Shown one piece after another: positions 37,191-50,190 of a stretch of DNA of 64,000 nt. A program made the translations under genes and the position numbers. Origin of the DNA: Octopus sinensis (taxonomy: Eukaryota); assembly GCF_006345805.1 (NCBI RefSeq), contig NC_043007.1:27652001-27716000 (forward strand). Direction: 5' to 3'. Each line of letters starts with the position of its first letter. Position 1 is the stretch's first letter. The notes under the pieces were generated by a model that was not told the DNA's origin, did not search any database, and was given only the letters and a program-made list of their open reading frames with translations.

Positions 37191-38154
37191 TGTACCGATA
37201 ACAGAAAGGGTTATTACTCAATTCGTTAACATTTAACTAATTAACCGATTACTTGATAACTCGTTGGGGCCAATGAGTCAACCGAGCAGCCAAGTTTGGC
37301 AAATCCCTTTCATCGCCACGTGCAAATCCCTCAATGACATACCCTCTCTACTTGATGCTTATATCATTAATGAAACAATCGATTAGCTAATGGGTTAAAT
37401 ATTAACGAATTGATTAATCACAAACTTCATGAAGTAGAACGATTGAGTTTGTTTATTATTCGAATAATGACCCTCCCGAGATGCAAATTAATCTCTTTGA
37501 ATATCAAGAACCTTGCAGAACAAACGAAAATACGGTTGATGTTACTTCGCTAAAAATATAATTCTTGATACTTAGGTGCATTCGTACATTGATGATGCTG
37601 ATTGTACTCATATCTATATATTTAAGTTATACTTCGTTATTTTCTTATTCCTAGAGAAAACATGCGTTCAAGCTTTAAATAACGTTACTTATAAAAGGTA
37701 ATTTGTTATAATGTCTATGGAATATTTTTTAATATATTTTCCCATATACACGATTAGTTTTCCCCCTAACTTTGTATTTGTGTTTATATTATCTGATGTG
37801 TATTCTCAGACTCTGTGTGTGTATGTGTGTATAAAATTTGCAGGATTCCAGAGAATCAGGTATTTAAATAGTGAAATCTCCAAGGCAGGATCAACGGTAG
37901 AGTTATTGTGTACAAACCCTGTATAATGACAAATACGTCCTCCCTAAAGTAAATACGGATTTGTCATCCAGTTACCCATACATTAAGAAATAACTGACTG
38001 AAGGCACAATGATTCATGAAGGTCACACATGGGTGCACTCTTAACCGTGATGACCAACCCTGCTTCGGAAAAAGAAAAGTAAACCGGAAAGATTTTGGAA
38101 TTGAACGTTCTGGAAAATCGATGTTGTACCTTATCTTGATTGATTTGTACCTAC

Positions 38155-38530
38155 ATCCTTTTCTACTATAGGCACAAGGCTCGAAATTTTGGGGGTGGAA
38201 GCCAGTCGATTACATCGACCCCAGTACGTAACTGGCACTTAATTTATCGACCCCCGAAAGAATGAAAGGCAAAGTCGATCTCGGCAGAATTCTATTTTTT
38301 TACTACCCACAAGGGGCTACACACAGAGGGGACAAACACGGACAGACAAAGGGATTAAGTCGATTATATCGACCCCAGAGCGTAACTGGTACTTATTTAA
38401 TCGACCCTGAAAGGATGAAAGGCAAAGTCGACCTCGGCGGAATTTAAACTCAGAACGTAACGGCAAACGAAATATCTATCGCTAAGCATCTCGCCCAGCG
38501 TGCTAACGATTCTACCAACTCGCCACCTTA
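38155..38530 (-). mobile_element. Tandem SINE family A
   Basis: GAAAGGCAAAGTCGA..CTCGGC occurs twice. Confidence 0.85.
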
Positions 38531-39534
38531 GATTTTGTACCTATATCATCCGCTGAAGAATCACGATAGATTTGAACACTTACCATACTGGAGAGTATAT
38601 CTAAGCACCGCAAAGATGTACTAATAACATATAATAAGTTTTCCTATAAATGATATAATAAAATATACTAATATCCTATATAGATGTGTGTGTGTTTCTG
38701 TGCATGTTTCTACGTGTGTGTGTGCGTGAGCGAAATATTCGTCCATTTTACATTGACTTCGTTATATTTCTTCATTAATGCAAGTCTGTGTAACCAGTAT
38801 ATTGTTTGATACGGTGAGCTTTATATTTGCTTTGATAATTAATTGAGACAAATTACATCGCCTTTCTCTGTATAATTATTTTCGACGATATTGCTCTTGC
38901 ATAAATTACAGCTCGACGTAAATCAGTGTTCTGTGAGCAGAAATATGGTGGATAATTTGTTAGTTGCAGCATCAGAAAATAAATGTACACTTACAGACTA
39001 TTTACTTCATCATTCACGTTTCTGTATTTTCGAGATTCCCAATCACTTCGGATAAACGCTTGGCCTCGAGACTCCACATTTAACTCCACATTTAAACAAT
39101 CTACACTTATTACCACCCGTGCAGCTCAGTTCCACACCGACCATGTATCTTCCATATACCATGCTGCAGATACAACATGGCCAGGTCGGCTGCTGTAGTT
39201 TTAAATGGCTGCTGATATGATTACGTAGAGGAGCTATCAAATACTCCGTACTAAATGTAGTCATGCCGGGCGACACAAAAATAATTACATGCGTAATTTA
39301 AACTAGATTGTTAGCCCCTGTGAGAATGATAATCTTGTTTTACAATTCTTTGTAACAATTTATTTCAATGATCTCTCTTATATGTGTTGCATCTACGGAG
39401 ATCAAACTGACCTAACTTTCTTCGATATAGTGTACCTAGGGTTATATTTTCCTTCTTAATCTCCGCATATAAGGCTATTTGTTTCTGGTATGCATTATAC
39501 GACTATTAAAGCCACTCAATATTCAATTGTTAAA

Positions 39535-39950
39535 GGCCGTGAGCGGAGGGAATAGTTAGCACAGCATGGCAAAATGCTTAGCGTTATTTCGTCTGCCGCT
39601 ACGTTCTGAGTTCAAGTTCCGCCGAGGTCGACTTTGCCTTTCATCCTTTCGGGGTCGATAAATAAAGTACCAGTTACGCACTGGGGTCTATGTAATTGAC
39701 TTAATACCTATTTCTGTCCTTGTTTGTCCCCTCTATGTTTAGCCCCTTGTGAGTAATAAAGAAAAAGGTATTACGTCTGCTGCTACGTTCTGAGTTCAAA
39801 TTCCGCCGAGGTCGACTTTGCCTTTCATTCTTTCGGTGTCGATTGAATTAGAACCAGTTACGCACTGGGGTCGATGTAATCGACTTAATCCGTTTGTCTG
39901 TCCTTGTTTGTCCTCTCTGTGTTTAGCCCCTTGTGGGTATTAAAGAAATA
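39535..39950 (+). mobile_element. Tandem SINE family A, young-looking
   Basis: ACGTTCTGAGTTCAA..CCGCCGAGGTCGACTTTGCCTTTCAT occurs twice. Confidence 0.9.
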
Positions 39951-42148
39951 GGTATTGTGAAATATCGAGGGATCTTCGGTTACTATTTCTTCACATCAAG
40001 CAGCTTTAATGAGGTATCCATTTACTCGATTAAGAAATATATTGCATGGGACAAGATGCAAGCGTGCGAATATGCAGCGCTTTTTAAACATCTTGAGCAT
40101 AGGCAAGCCTTGTTATTTATCTGCTTACGCAACCGAACAAACTTATACTCCGACATATTCCAACCGTCTTCAGGATTATATGCAATCTCCAGTGATGTAG
40201 AGCAGACATTTTGCATTTCGGCATTAGCTCTCATGGAACGATACTTTACAAATGACATCGCTCCATAATTAGCCAACAAGAAACAACATCAAATTATTAT
40301 GATATCAGGAACTAAATTAGAGCAGCTGTTTAATATCGTTGTTGTTATGCTATCTTCTCTACAATGTGCTTCCATTTAGAAACTTCTGTTAACTAGTGCT
40401 AATTACGCTAAATTTCAAAGGAAATCAGTAAAGAATTTGAAGAATTAAATTGTATTGAAACATGTGATATCGCCGGTTATGTGTCTACTCTTAAGTAAAA
40501 CAATGTTATATATTTTAATAAGAAAATTACTGTTTGTGAATCTCACAACGAGAGATATTCAACAATAGCACTTTGGCGTAAAGATTATTTGCCAACATAA
40601 CATGGCAGGCTTGGTTTAGGACGAATGTTGCTGTAATTTAGCCCCAGGAGATATCGTCTCCAGCTAGCTATACGACACGATCTGTGTCCTTATGTTTTCG
40701 AACAAGGGAATCTATCACCCCCATTCTGAGTTCCAATTCGAGTCTAAAGTCTTGCTCTTGACTGCTATACAGGTTAAGGTCTAACAATTCAATCAGAGAG
40801 AAAGGAGCCCGTTCTGATAGCCCAGATATGGGGACGTTTTATAATATTAAAAAAAAACGAGATCAAAACTCACTCCTGTCCAAAATATTCTTAAGACCGG
40901 TTTCACGGATTCGGTATCGTATATTTTCCCTTCTTGGATGGGACGCCGTTTCTTGACATAATTCCTCCTGTTTTGGCCAACATGACATGAAATATTTTGC
41001 TGAGCAACACAACACTTCGCTGGGTCCAGTAATTGAAACCACAGTCTTAGGATTATATGTGTAACATCTTAACCACCAATACACTCACCTTCACACGATA
41101 CGTGGCACATACTTTTGGATTCTTCGGGTAGCGTAATACGTTTTTTTAGAATCTTTGGAATAATATCTGAAGAGATTCGGAAGTCTGTCCTTGGATGCTT
41201 TAAAAAGACCTGTTGTGATACCCTTTGGGCATCTCACAAACTTTATTTGAATCTCATTTAAAACAGATGTTTCTTCAGACTTTTTTTCTTCATGTCAACA
41301 TAATTGAAGTGTGCATATGCTTTAGAGTTTGTTCAGCTCTCATTTTCCTTAAGTTTACTCATTTTCATGGCAGCTGTTTATTGGGATTTGAATGCGTGCG
41401 AATGACAACCTAACCTGTTTCCGCTCTTTCACATTTGTTTGTTTTACCAGTATGTTTAAGAAATTCTTTTCTCATCCATGTGATGAGTTTCCGGTTCGTG
41501 AAAATGACAATTTTGTGACCATGAGTTTCACCCTCGGGGAATTTCGATGCATGCATTCGCCATTATTGACTCATACAGCTTCAGGGCTGTATCACAACCT
41601 TGAACTGAAAGTATTCAGAAAACATTTATCTTGGAGAATTCTCTTTCGTGTTTACGCCCAAAGAGCCTTGTGGAAATTCATGATTCGGAATATTTTAAGA
41701 GCTGTTGAGAAAGAAAGTTCATTCTGAAAATATCATTAGAATCGATGTTAGATGTGGCTTCCAAATTAACGATGACTTATGTAATAATTATGAATCGGAG
41801 ATCCATGCTAAATGTTTAGGAGCGCTAACCTACAAGATGTTTCGGATTGTGTTGTATGCACGCTTCCTATACACCTGATATCCAATCTTGTATTTACTAA
41901 ATCTTGGTATTGTCATCTCTACGGAGAGATACACACCTTGCATTGACTGTAACCATGCAATGTAACACACGTAAATGGATACGAATAGATGTTTATGAAA
42001 TCACAGTTATCGCTTGACAAACGATGCCGGTGGTTTTGCGTCCTTGTAACGTAGCAGTTCGGCATAAGACACCGATAGAATAAGCTTACAAAGAATAAAT
42101 GAATATAAATATAAAACTTACGGAGAATAATTACATATATATATATAT

Positions 42149-42311
42149 ATATACTTTTTTCAGTGTCGATTGACACTGATATTGAAAAAGTGAAATCAAA
42201 CAATGATAAATCTCAGAGCGAGTTATAAACAGTAGCGGTAACACATCGTGACGCATATTTAAATAGCAAATATGCGTCACTATATATATATATATATATA
42301 ATATATATATA

Positions 42312-42348
<37 letters not shown>

Positions 42349-42365
42349 TATATATATATATATAT

Positions 42366-42436
<71 letters not shown>

Positions 42437-42908
42437 ATATATATATATATATCTATATATATATATATATATATATAGTGACGCATATTTGCCATTTAAA
42501 TATGCGTCACGATGTGTTACCGCTACTGTTTATAACTCGCTCTCTGAGATTTATCATTGTTTGATTTCACTTTTTCAATATCAGTGTCAATCGACACTAG
42601 AAAAAGTATATGTATTTGTGAGGAAACGGAATTCTCGTCGACAACTATGATTGTCACACGCTGATGATAGGTAAACACATTGAAACTCGAGTCCGTGCGT
42701 ATCATAAGTTGAAGTCGGGAAGGATGACTTCCCTTCACAAATACTGATAGGGCACAGATAGTGTGTCTATAGCCAGCTGGATGAGGTATCTTCCTGGGGC
42801 TACAAACTACAGTAACATCCACGCTTAGGGGTTAGCCATATTCAAATGGCAAATATGCGTCACGATGTGTTACCGCTACTGTTTATAACTCGCTCTGAGA
42901 TTTATCAT

Positions 42909-42909
<1 letters not shown>
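42149..42909 (+). mobile_element. HHR retrozyme-like element, family 1, second locus (3B: 42478-42909) with an inverted partial copy (3A: 42149-42280) across (TA)n
   Basis: Same termini as 2171-2790; period about 353 (TATGCGTCAC at 42501 and 42854). Confidence 0.85.
42655..42699 (+). ncRNA. Type I hammerhead, canonical core, weakened helix II
   Basis: cacacg-CTGATGA-taggt aaac acatt-GAAA-c tcga-GTC-cgtgcg; palindrome ACTCGAGT. Confidence 0.75.
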
Positions 42910-42951
<42 letters not shown>

Positions 42952-43691
42952 CCACACACCCACACACATATATACACATATATACAATATATATATAAAT
43001 TAGAAAAAAAACTTTTATCATTATTATTATTATTATTATTATTATTGTTATTATTATTATCATTATTATTATTATATATATATATATATCTTTATTCTCT
43101 GTAATATTTTTATTTTCTCTTCGAAAAGTACATCTGAATTGATGTGAGAGAGTAGGATGAATGCAGGGAAGTTGACAAAGAAAAACATATCCTAATATAA
43201 TTTTTAAAAAATTCAACCAATAAATCTTCTCTCAAATTCAATACGTTGCGAAACAGCAGATATACACCTTTTTGAATTTCATTATATTTAGCAGTTATAA
43301 GTCTTTATAATTCAATTCTTTATCTTTGACCCAGATTGCAATTAGCTCAGGGTAGGATAACGTAATTAAATAATTTAATCGACAGTTTGGATTATATAAT
43401 GCGCGAACCATGTCACACCCACTGAACGAAAGAGACTTCACTTATCATTTCATTGGTTGCCTTTATCTACTTGCGTGTTAATATTTTGGCGACATACTCA
43501 CACATACAATCACACCTTAGAGGGAAAATTACCTGGCAAACGAACGTACGGGAACGTATGTATACTTACATACATACGTACATACATGAATACATACATA
43601 AATACATGCATACATATATACCTACAAGCATACATAAATACGAGAATACATATATATACATACATATATACATACATATATATATATATAT

Positions 43692-43745
<54 letters not shown>

Positions 43746-44191
43746 CATATATATCTAGAGCGCATAATTATTTTTATACACGCCCATTCGCTTTATCTTG
43801 TATCATATTTTAGATTCGTCTCTTTTCTAGAATGATAGACTACGGTGCTTTTTTGTATAAACGCTAGCAGATTAGGTGAATCCGTATATTGTGACATGTA
43901 CATATATATATATATATATATATACATATATATATACGTTTTATCTTCTATTAAACTTTTAACTACTTTTTGATAGTTATATATATAAAAAATATAAAAT
44001 TTATAAATATAATTAATAATTTTAATTTTGAATTAAATGATTAAAATTTTTAAATGATTTAAATTTTTTAATTTTATATTTTATATATTTGTATGTTATA
44101 TTAATTATTTTTATTTTTAGGTTTTGGTTTATATTTTTCACTGTTAATTTGCCTAATAGTGGTTTTATATCTAATTTACATATATATATAT

Positions 44192-44244
<53 letters not shown>

Positions 44245-44521
44245 TATATATATATATATATATGTGTATGTACTACTTGTATGTATGCGTATATATATGT
44301 ATAAGTATATGTGAATATATATGTATATATGTATATATATATGTACATGTTGTATATATTTTCATATATATATATATGTAGTGTGTGTATATAATATATA
44401 TGTGTATGTATGTGTGTGTATCTATATGTGTATATATATATATAGATAGAGATATACATATATATACATATATATGTATATATAGAGAGATACACATACG
44501 CACATACATACTTATATATAT

Positions 44522-44592
<71 letters not shown>

Positions 44593-45344
44593 AGCTATTC
44601 TAGTTAGAGTTATAATTCGAAAATATTTTTAAATAAGTTGAAATACATATCATGTCCATGGATGGTGGAACTTGTTTAGAGCTGGACGGACAGTTTTATT
44701 TAAGATCCCAGGTGGACACAAGGTGCGGGATTGAAACCGCTGTGTTACGGATGTGAGAGTAAAATCCTTTTCACAAGACCACACTCCTTGGTAAATAACT
44801 CGTTCAGCAACTACCTTTTAGTCTTGATGTATGCCAGAGTCTATATCACTTTAGAGGAAAGAGACTCCTGGAAAGTGAGTCCGAATTCTTGCACAAAGTT
44901 GGCCTTCACCAGAGATGGCCAAGTGATCCAGCCAGTTAAAAACAGGATGTGGGGGTTATCCAGCAATGACATAGCACCAATAACGAGAATTGCCCATTCA
45001 TAATTATTCCCAAGTGTCGTTAGCAACGATGAAACGTGTGGTGCATGAATACAACTCGTACACCTCCTGTTATGAGTTGAGGTATATCATCTCCGATAAG
45101 ATTCGAGAGAACAGTGTGGTCTGGTGGAAGCAAGAACCCCAAGGAGCCAGACACGGTCTGGTTTTCTCAAATGAAAAAGTGAAGAGGAAAAAGGACAGAT
45201 AACTGTAGCCAACCCTCCAGTATTTCCCTTTGTTAAGCACACCAATAATATTTTGAAGGGTTGTGAGCAATTAAACCTTGTCATACCTTTTCACTTTTTC
45301 CCGAGAGGTGGCCTTCGCGAATGGCACCCACGTGATATGAAACT

Positions 45345-45378
45345 GCTACTACTACTTCTGCTGTTGCTGCTGCTGCTG

Positions 45379-45433
<55 letters not shown>

Positions 45434-45472
45434 AGCTGCTGCTGCTGTTGTTGCTACTACTACTGCTGCTAT

Positions 45473-45505
<33 letters not shown>

Positions 45506-45540
45506 CACTACTACTACTACTACTAATACTACTAATGCAG
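45345..45540. repeat. (TAC)n/(TGC)n microsatellite
   Basis: Direct reading. Confidence 0.95.
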
Positions 45541-46677
45541 CTGCTGCTGAGGCCATGAGTTAATAGAATTTTTAACGAGTGGAACTAATGTAAATGATCA
45601 ACGGCTTTTCGTCTCGCTTTCAACATTCTAAGTTCAGATCCATCGCAGCTAGCTTTGCCTTACTCCCTTTCATCGGTCGATAAAATAATGTAGTAGTCCA
45701 GTTGAGAAGTCCAGACAAGAAGTTAAGATATATAAAATAACTCCAAAGATGACATGCTTTCGAGGAAAACAATAGGTTCAATGTTTGGAAATAAAAGAAG
45801 CGTTTTGGATGTTTGTGTTTCTGGATCAATAGCAGGACAATTGGCCGACCTAATCTGCAATATCAATAGAACTCAGATTTGTATGAAATGAATTCAACAT
45901 ACAACACATATATGGCCTAAGTAACTTTGAGCCAACAGAAATAACTCCGAGTATCTCATGCAATTTGCTTGTTGCTTGACTATAAACACATACGCTAACT
46001 GTGGTGCATCAATATAACTGGTACAAGTTTGTGATATGAGATGAAGGCGTTCACCTCCGCTAAGATCCGAGAGATCAGTGTGATGCGGTGGAAGTGGTTC
46101 CTCAATAAAGCTCAAAAACCCTGAGGAGTTTCACACGCTCTGTTTTTTTCTCAAACGAAAAGTTAAAGAGAAAAACGATAGATAACTATAACAAAAAAAA
46201 TCCCACTTAAAAATGAACTAAGATTTTTAGTAGATTGGGTATAGTTACAGTGATGTTTATTTGTAGTAAAATTTATTCCGTATATTCTACAGAATTTTAT
46301 ATTTTACATGCGTTTTGTATATAAGGAATGAAATCCTAAACTTCATATATTATTGTATTTCGCAACATTTCAGAATTTAGATTTGGATGATGAGAGTTAT
46401 ATCCAATCGAATAGAATCTTCGAGAGACAATCCTGGTAAGTTTGGCATTAACTTTTGTAACCAATTTATTTCACTCGAAATTACAATAATTATCATCGAG
46501 AAAGTTAATAATGATTGGATAATATTAATTCTTCATTCACTTGCTGTAATATATATGGACATGAGCACGCAAGAATAATTAGGTAATCCTAATGGGTGTT
46601 GAGCTGAGTCATGGACCTCCATATATATATATATATATATGTAGACACACATACACACACACACGCATATATATATA

Positions 46678-46714
<37 letters not shown>

Positions 46715-46724
<10 letters not shown>

Positions 46725-47193
46725 TAAACACATCTATCCATCTCTCTTTATATATATATATAATCAAAAGAGTTAGGTGTGAAATCTCTAAATGAGAAGA
46801 GAGTAGTAACTATACTAACAAGTAGAGTTAATCACCACCACAATGTGGCAGTTTTGTGTTACTTCTTGTTTAACCCAAGGCAGATCTTTCGCCAGCTGGT
46901 TATCGGTGCAGTGCTGCATCCTGTATACTCGTAGCAGTGTGAGTGAACCCCTACCGTCTTCTAGCAGGCAACAAGATCGCAACAAGATCGCAACACCGAC
47001 TCAGCCTCGAGCAGGCTGGCTCATCCTTTAGTCGTGAGCACCTGGCCGGTTGAACCATAGCCAATGTCCGCTCCAGCCCGCAATATACTATAAACAAGTG
47101 ACCATCGGTCACTGATTTGCATTTAGCAAGTAGGGACTAACTTTACTTTTTAGCATAATTACTTACTCTGATCTCTTCTTGAGATATCACAGC

Positions 47194-47262
<69 letters not shown>

Positions 47263-47730
47263 TATATAAACACATCTATCCATCTCTCTTTATATATATA
47301 TATAATCAAAAGAGTTAGGTGTGAAATTCTAAATGAGAAGAGAGTAGTAGTAACTATACTAACCACGTAGAGTTAATCACACCACAATGTGGCAGTTTTG
47401 TGTTACTTCTTGTTTAACCAAGGCAGATCTTCGCCAGCTGGTTATCGGTGCAGTGCTGCATCCTGTATACTCGTAGCAGTGTGAGTGAACCCCTACGTTT
47501 TCTAGCAGGCAACAGATCGCAACAAGATCGCAACACCGACTCAGCCTCGAGCAGGTGGCTCATCCTTAGTCGTGAGCACCTGGCCGTTGACCATAGCCAA
47601 TGTCCGCTCCAGCCCGCAATATACTATAAACAAGTGACCATCGGTCACTGATTTGCATTTAGCAAGTAGGGACTAACTTTACTTTTTAGCATAATATGAC
47701 TCTGAACTCTGGATCTCTTTTGGATATCAT
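46715..47730. repeat. 542-bp-period tandem duplication, possibly an assembly artefact
   Basis: CATCTATCCATCTC at 46731 and 47273; the copies differ mainly by 1-bp deletions in the second. Confidence 0.9.
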
Positions 47731-47821
47731 ATATATATATTAATATATATATTATATATATATATATATAATATAGACACATATAAGAGACTAAAGTGTA
47801 CATACCCCACTATATGTATAT

Positions 47822-48176
47822 AAAAAAAGAATACAAAATCTGGGTCAAGAACGAAACGGGCGACAACAAGACATCCAGACAGATTACACAAAAAGGGACA
47901 GGAAAAATAAGGACGGCTCATTCGGAGTTTTCTTTCGTCAGTCGTGTTCCAGTTTATCTTTGCAGTTTCGGCCGGTTATACTCGAAACTGCTCCAATCTG
48001 GCCAACCGCAAGGAAAATCCAAGCTAAGAACACTAGATAATCTGGAACCCGACTGACGAAAGAAAGCTCTGAATGACCCGTCCTTATTTTTCTTGTTCCT
48101 TTTTATATAATCTGATTGTCTGGATGTCTTGTTGTCCCCTGTTTTCTCTTGTCCCATTTTTTGCATTCCTTTTTTA
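47822..48176. mobile_element. Foldback element with ~135-bp imperfect inverted arms
   Basis: GACAACAAGACATCCAGACA..TTTCGTCAGTCG / CGACTGACGAAA..TGTCTGGATGTCTTGTTGTC; flanked by TA/TACA repeats. Confidence 0.8.
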
Positions 48177-48216
48177 TACATACATACATACATACATACA
48201 TACATACATACATACA

Positions 48217-48248
<32 letters not shown>

Positions 48249-48814
48249 AATATACATATGCGTGTAAGTATAATGTATCAGTGTGATTCCAAATGGAGGT
48301 ATCGGGCTTATGCACTGATATCCCAGGAGAAAATTTAGCGAAGGAAAAACAGGTTCACCTGATTGATATGACATATATCTAACTATAGTCATTCTTGTTT
48401 AATATTTTACAGCCCAAGCTTACACCTCTGGACTCATTCAGCATATGATTCTTCGTCGGATACACACACACACGCATGCTCACACACTTACGCACACACT
48501 CAACACACACACACAACACACACACACGGTAGTAAATCGATATTTATCCCAGTGCAATACATTGTTTGTGAAGATGTTTACAAGTTGTTTTTGATGAAAT
48601 ATAAGAACATGGCCCAGTAGCTATATAGCTTCTTGTATTAAAAAAACAAACAGTAAAATATTATAACGATGAATGCAGAATTTATCAGTTACAAAGTTTA
48701 ATACTATAACACATTTTGTCAGGAATATGTTTATCATTACCACTCTCTCTAGGGAAAAGAATCGAAGCTTTTGCTCTATAAATAACCTAATATTTCTTGT
48801 AAATTATTATGCTT

Positions 48815-49040
48815 CTTTATTACCCGTAAGTGTCTAAACAGAGGGGACAAACAAGTACAGACAAACGGTTTAAGTCGATTACATCGACCCCAGTGTGCAA
48901 CTGGCACCTTATTTATCGACCCCGAAAAAATGAATGACATAGTCGAACTCGGCGTAATTTGAACTCAGACCGTAACGGCAGACGAAATACCGCTAAGCAA
49001 TTCGCCTGGCGTGCTAACGATTCTGCCAGCTCGCCGCCTT
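48815..49040 (-). mobile_element. SINE family A
   Basis: TTTGAACTCAGACCGTAACGGCAGACGAAATACCGCTAAGC. Confidence 0.85.
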
Positions 49041-49974
49041 ATTTCTTGTAAATTATTATAACTATCTCGGTGTTTCCTTGATGTCAAGAGATTTCCCGAG
49101 ATTATTCCATGACTTTGGAGCTACTTTCACGTGAAATAATTAGCGTGCAGTAACATTCGTGTGTTCTAACCTCAGTTTGCTTCACCTCGAGAGCCCTCGT
49201 ATCCATGAACTAATTGGCTCTAGTTGAAGGAATGAGCGTCTGATTTGAGGCAGATTCCATTGTTTTATTCTGCCCTTGACTCGGTGAATGAGAAGCTATC
49301 ACTACTGCCTATGCAGCTATAGATTTTCTATTGTATTTTTGTGGTTTTGTATTTTGTAATTTTGTTTAAGAATGAAGTCACCGCCAGGAAATTTCCAACA
49401 AACAAGTAATAAGACAGGCCAGAAGCAACCTCTTAGATTGTTTGAGGTAACCAAAGAACTGGGAAAGAAAATTTATCTAGCAGGTGCTCCAAAATCCTTA
49501 AATCGATCGACACAAGATTTAATAGAATTTCGATTATATCTATCAAGAAGAATAGAAATAGTTCCATAATACAGACAGTTAAAGGAAATAGCTACAAATA
49601 TAAAGAAAGAAAAAACACAATTCTAAGAAGAAAAAGGCCACAATACGAAAGGATGGATTGAATGGTGAGCACAGACATTCAATAAATAACAAACAAGAGG
49701 AAGGAGACATGAATATTCGATAGAAATTCGACCTTGTAGGTATTAATAGAATGGAGATGTAGAAATAGCAACCTGTGTCTCAGCAATCACACTGGCAATG
49801 ATATTAACGAATGAAATGCGGGAATGTTAGTGAAATCGCTGGTGAAAACCTATCTCAATATACAGCCCCGTCTGAAAAGTAAAGAAGATAACAAAAGACA
49901 AGAGAGATGAGGTCTACCCGTTAAGGTCAGGACATCAATATTAAAAAAGAGGATGTGAAAGCGGTGATCCGGCA

Positions 49975-50190
49975 GAATGGTGAGAAAACCGGCTCAGATA
50001 CCTACCGGAAATTCGTCCGTGTTTTACATTCTGAGTTCAAATTCCACCATGGTCGATTTATGCCCTTTTGGGTTTATAAACGAAGAACAAGTTGAGCGCT
50101 GGGTTCGAGACAATCGACTTAACTTCTCCCTGAAAATTGTCGATTTTGTGCCTGAAGTTGAAATGGGTGTAAGAGATTTTGTTGTAAAAG
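49975..50190 (+). mobile_element. Degenerate SINE family A
   Basis: TTCTGAGTTCAAATTCCACC..GTCGATTT. Confidence 0.65.

Noticed and set aside
38155-39950. Regularly recurring short repeats suggesting a CRISPR-like array
   Set aside because: These are tandem SINE copies in eukaryotic DNA, with no constant repeat-spacer period.
40863-41084. Possible minus-strand exon ending in GTGAGT
   Set aside because: The upstream half is a SINE head/body, and the translation is not recognisable.
44640-45230. Possible decayed Tx1/L1-like ORF2 end (RELPIH, VVWWK, KRK)
   Set aside because: Only scattered short motifs in different frames; needs a profile search to support.
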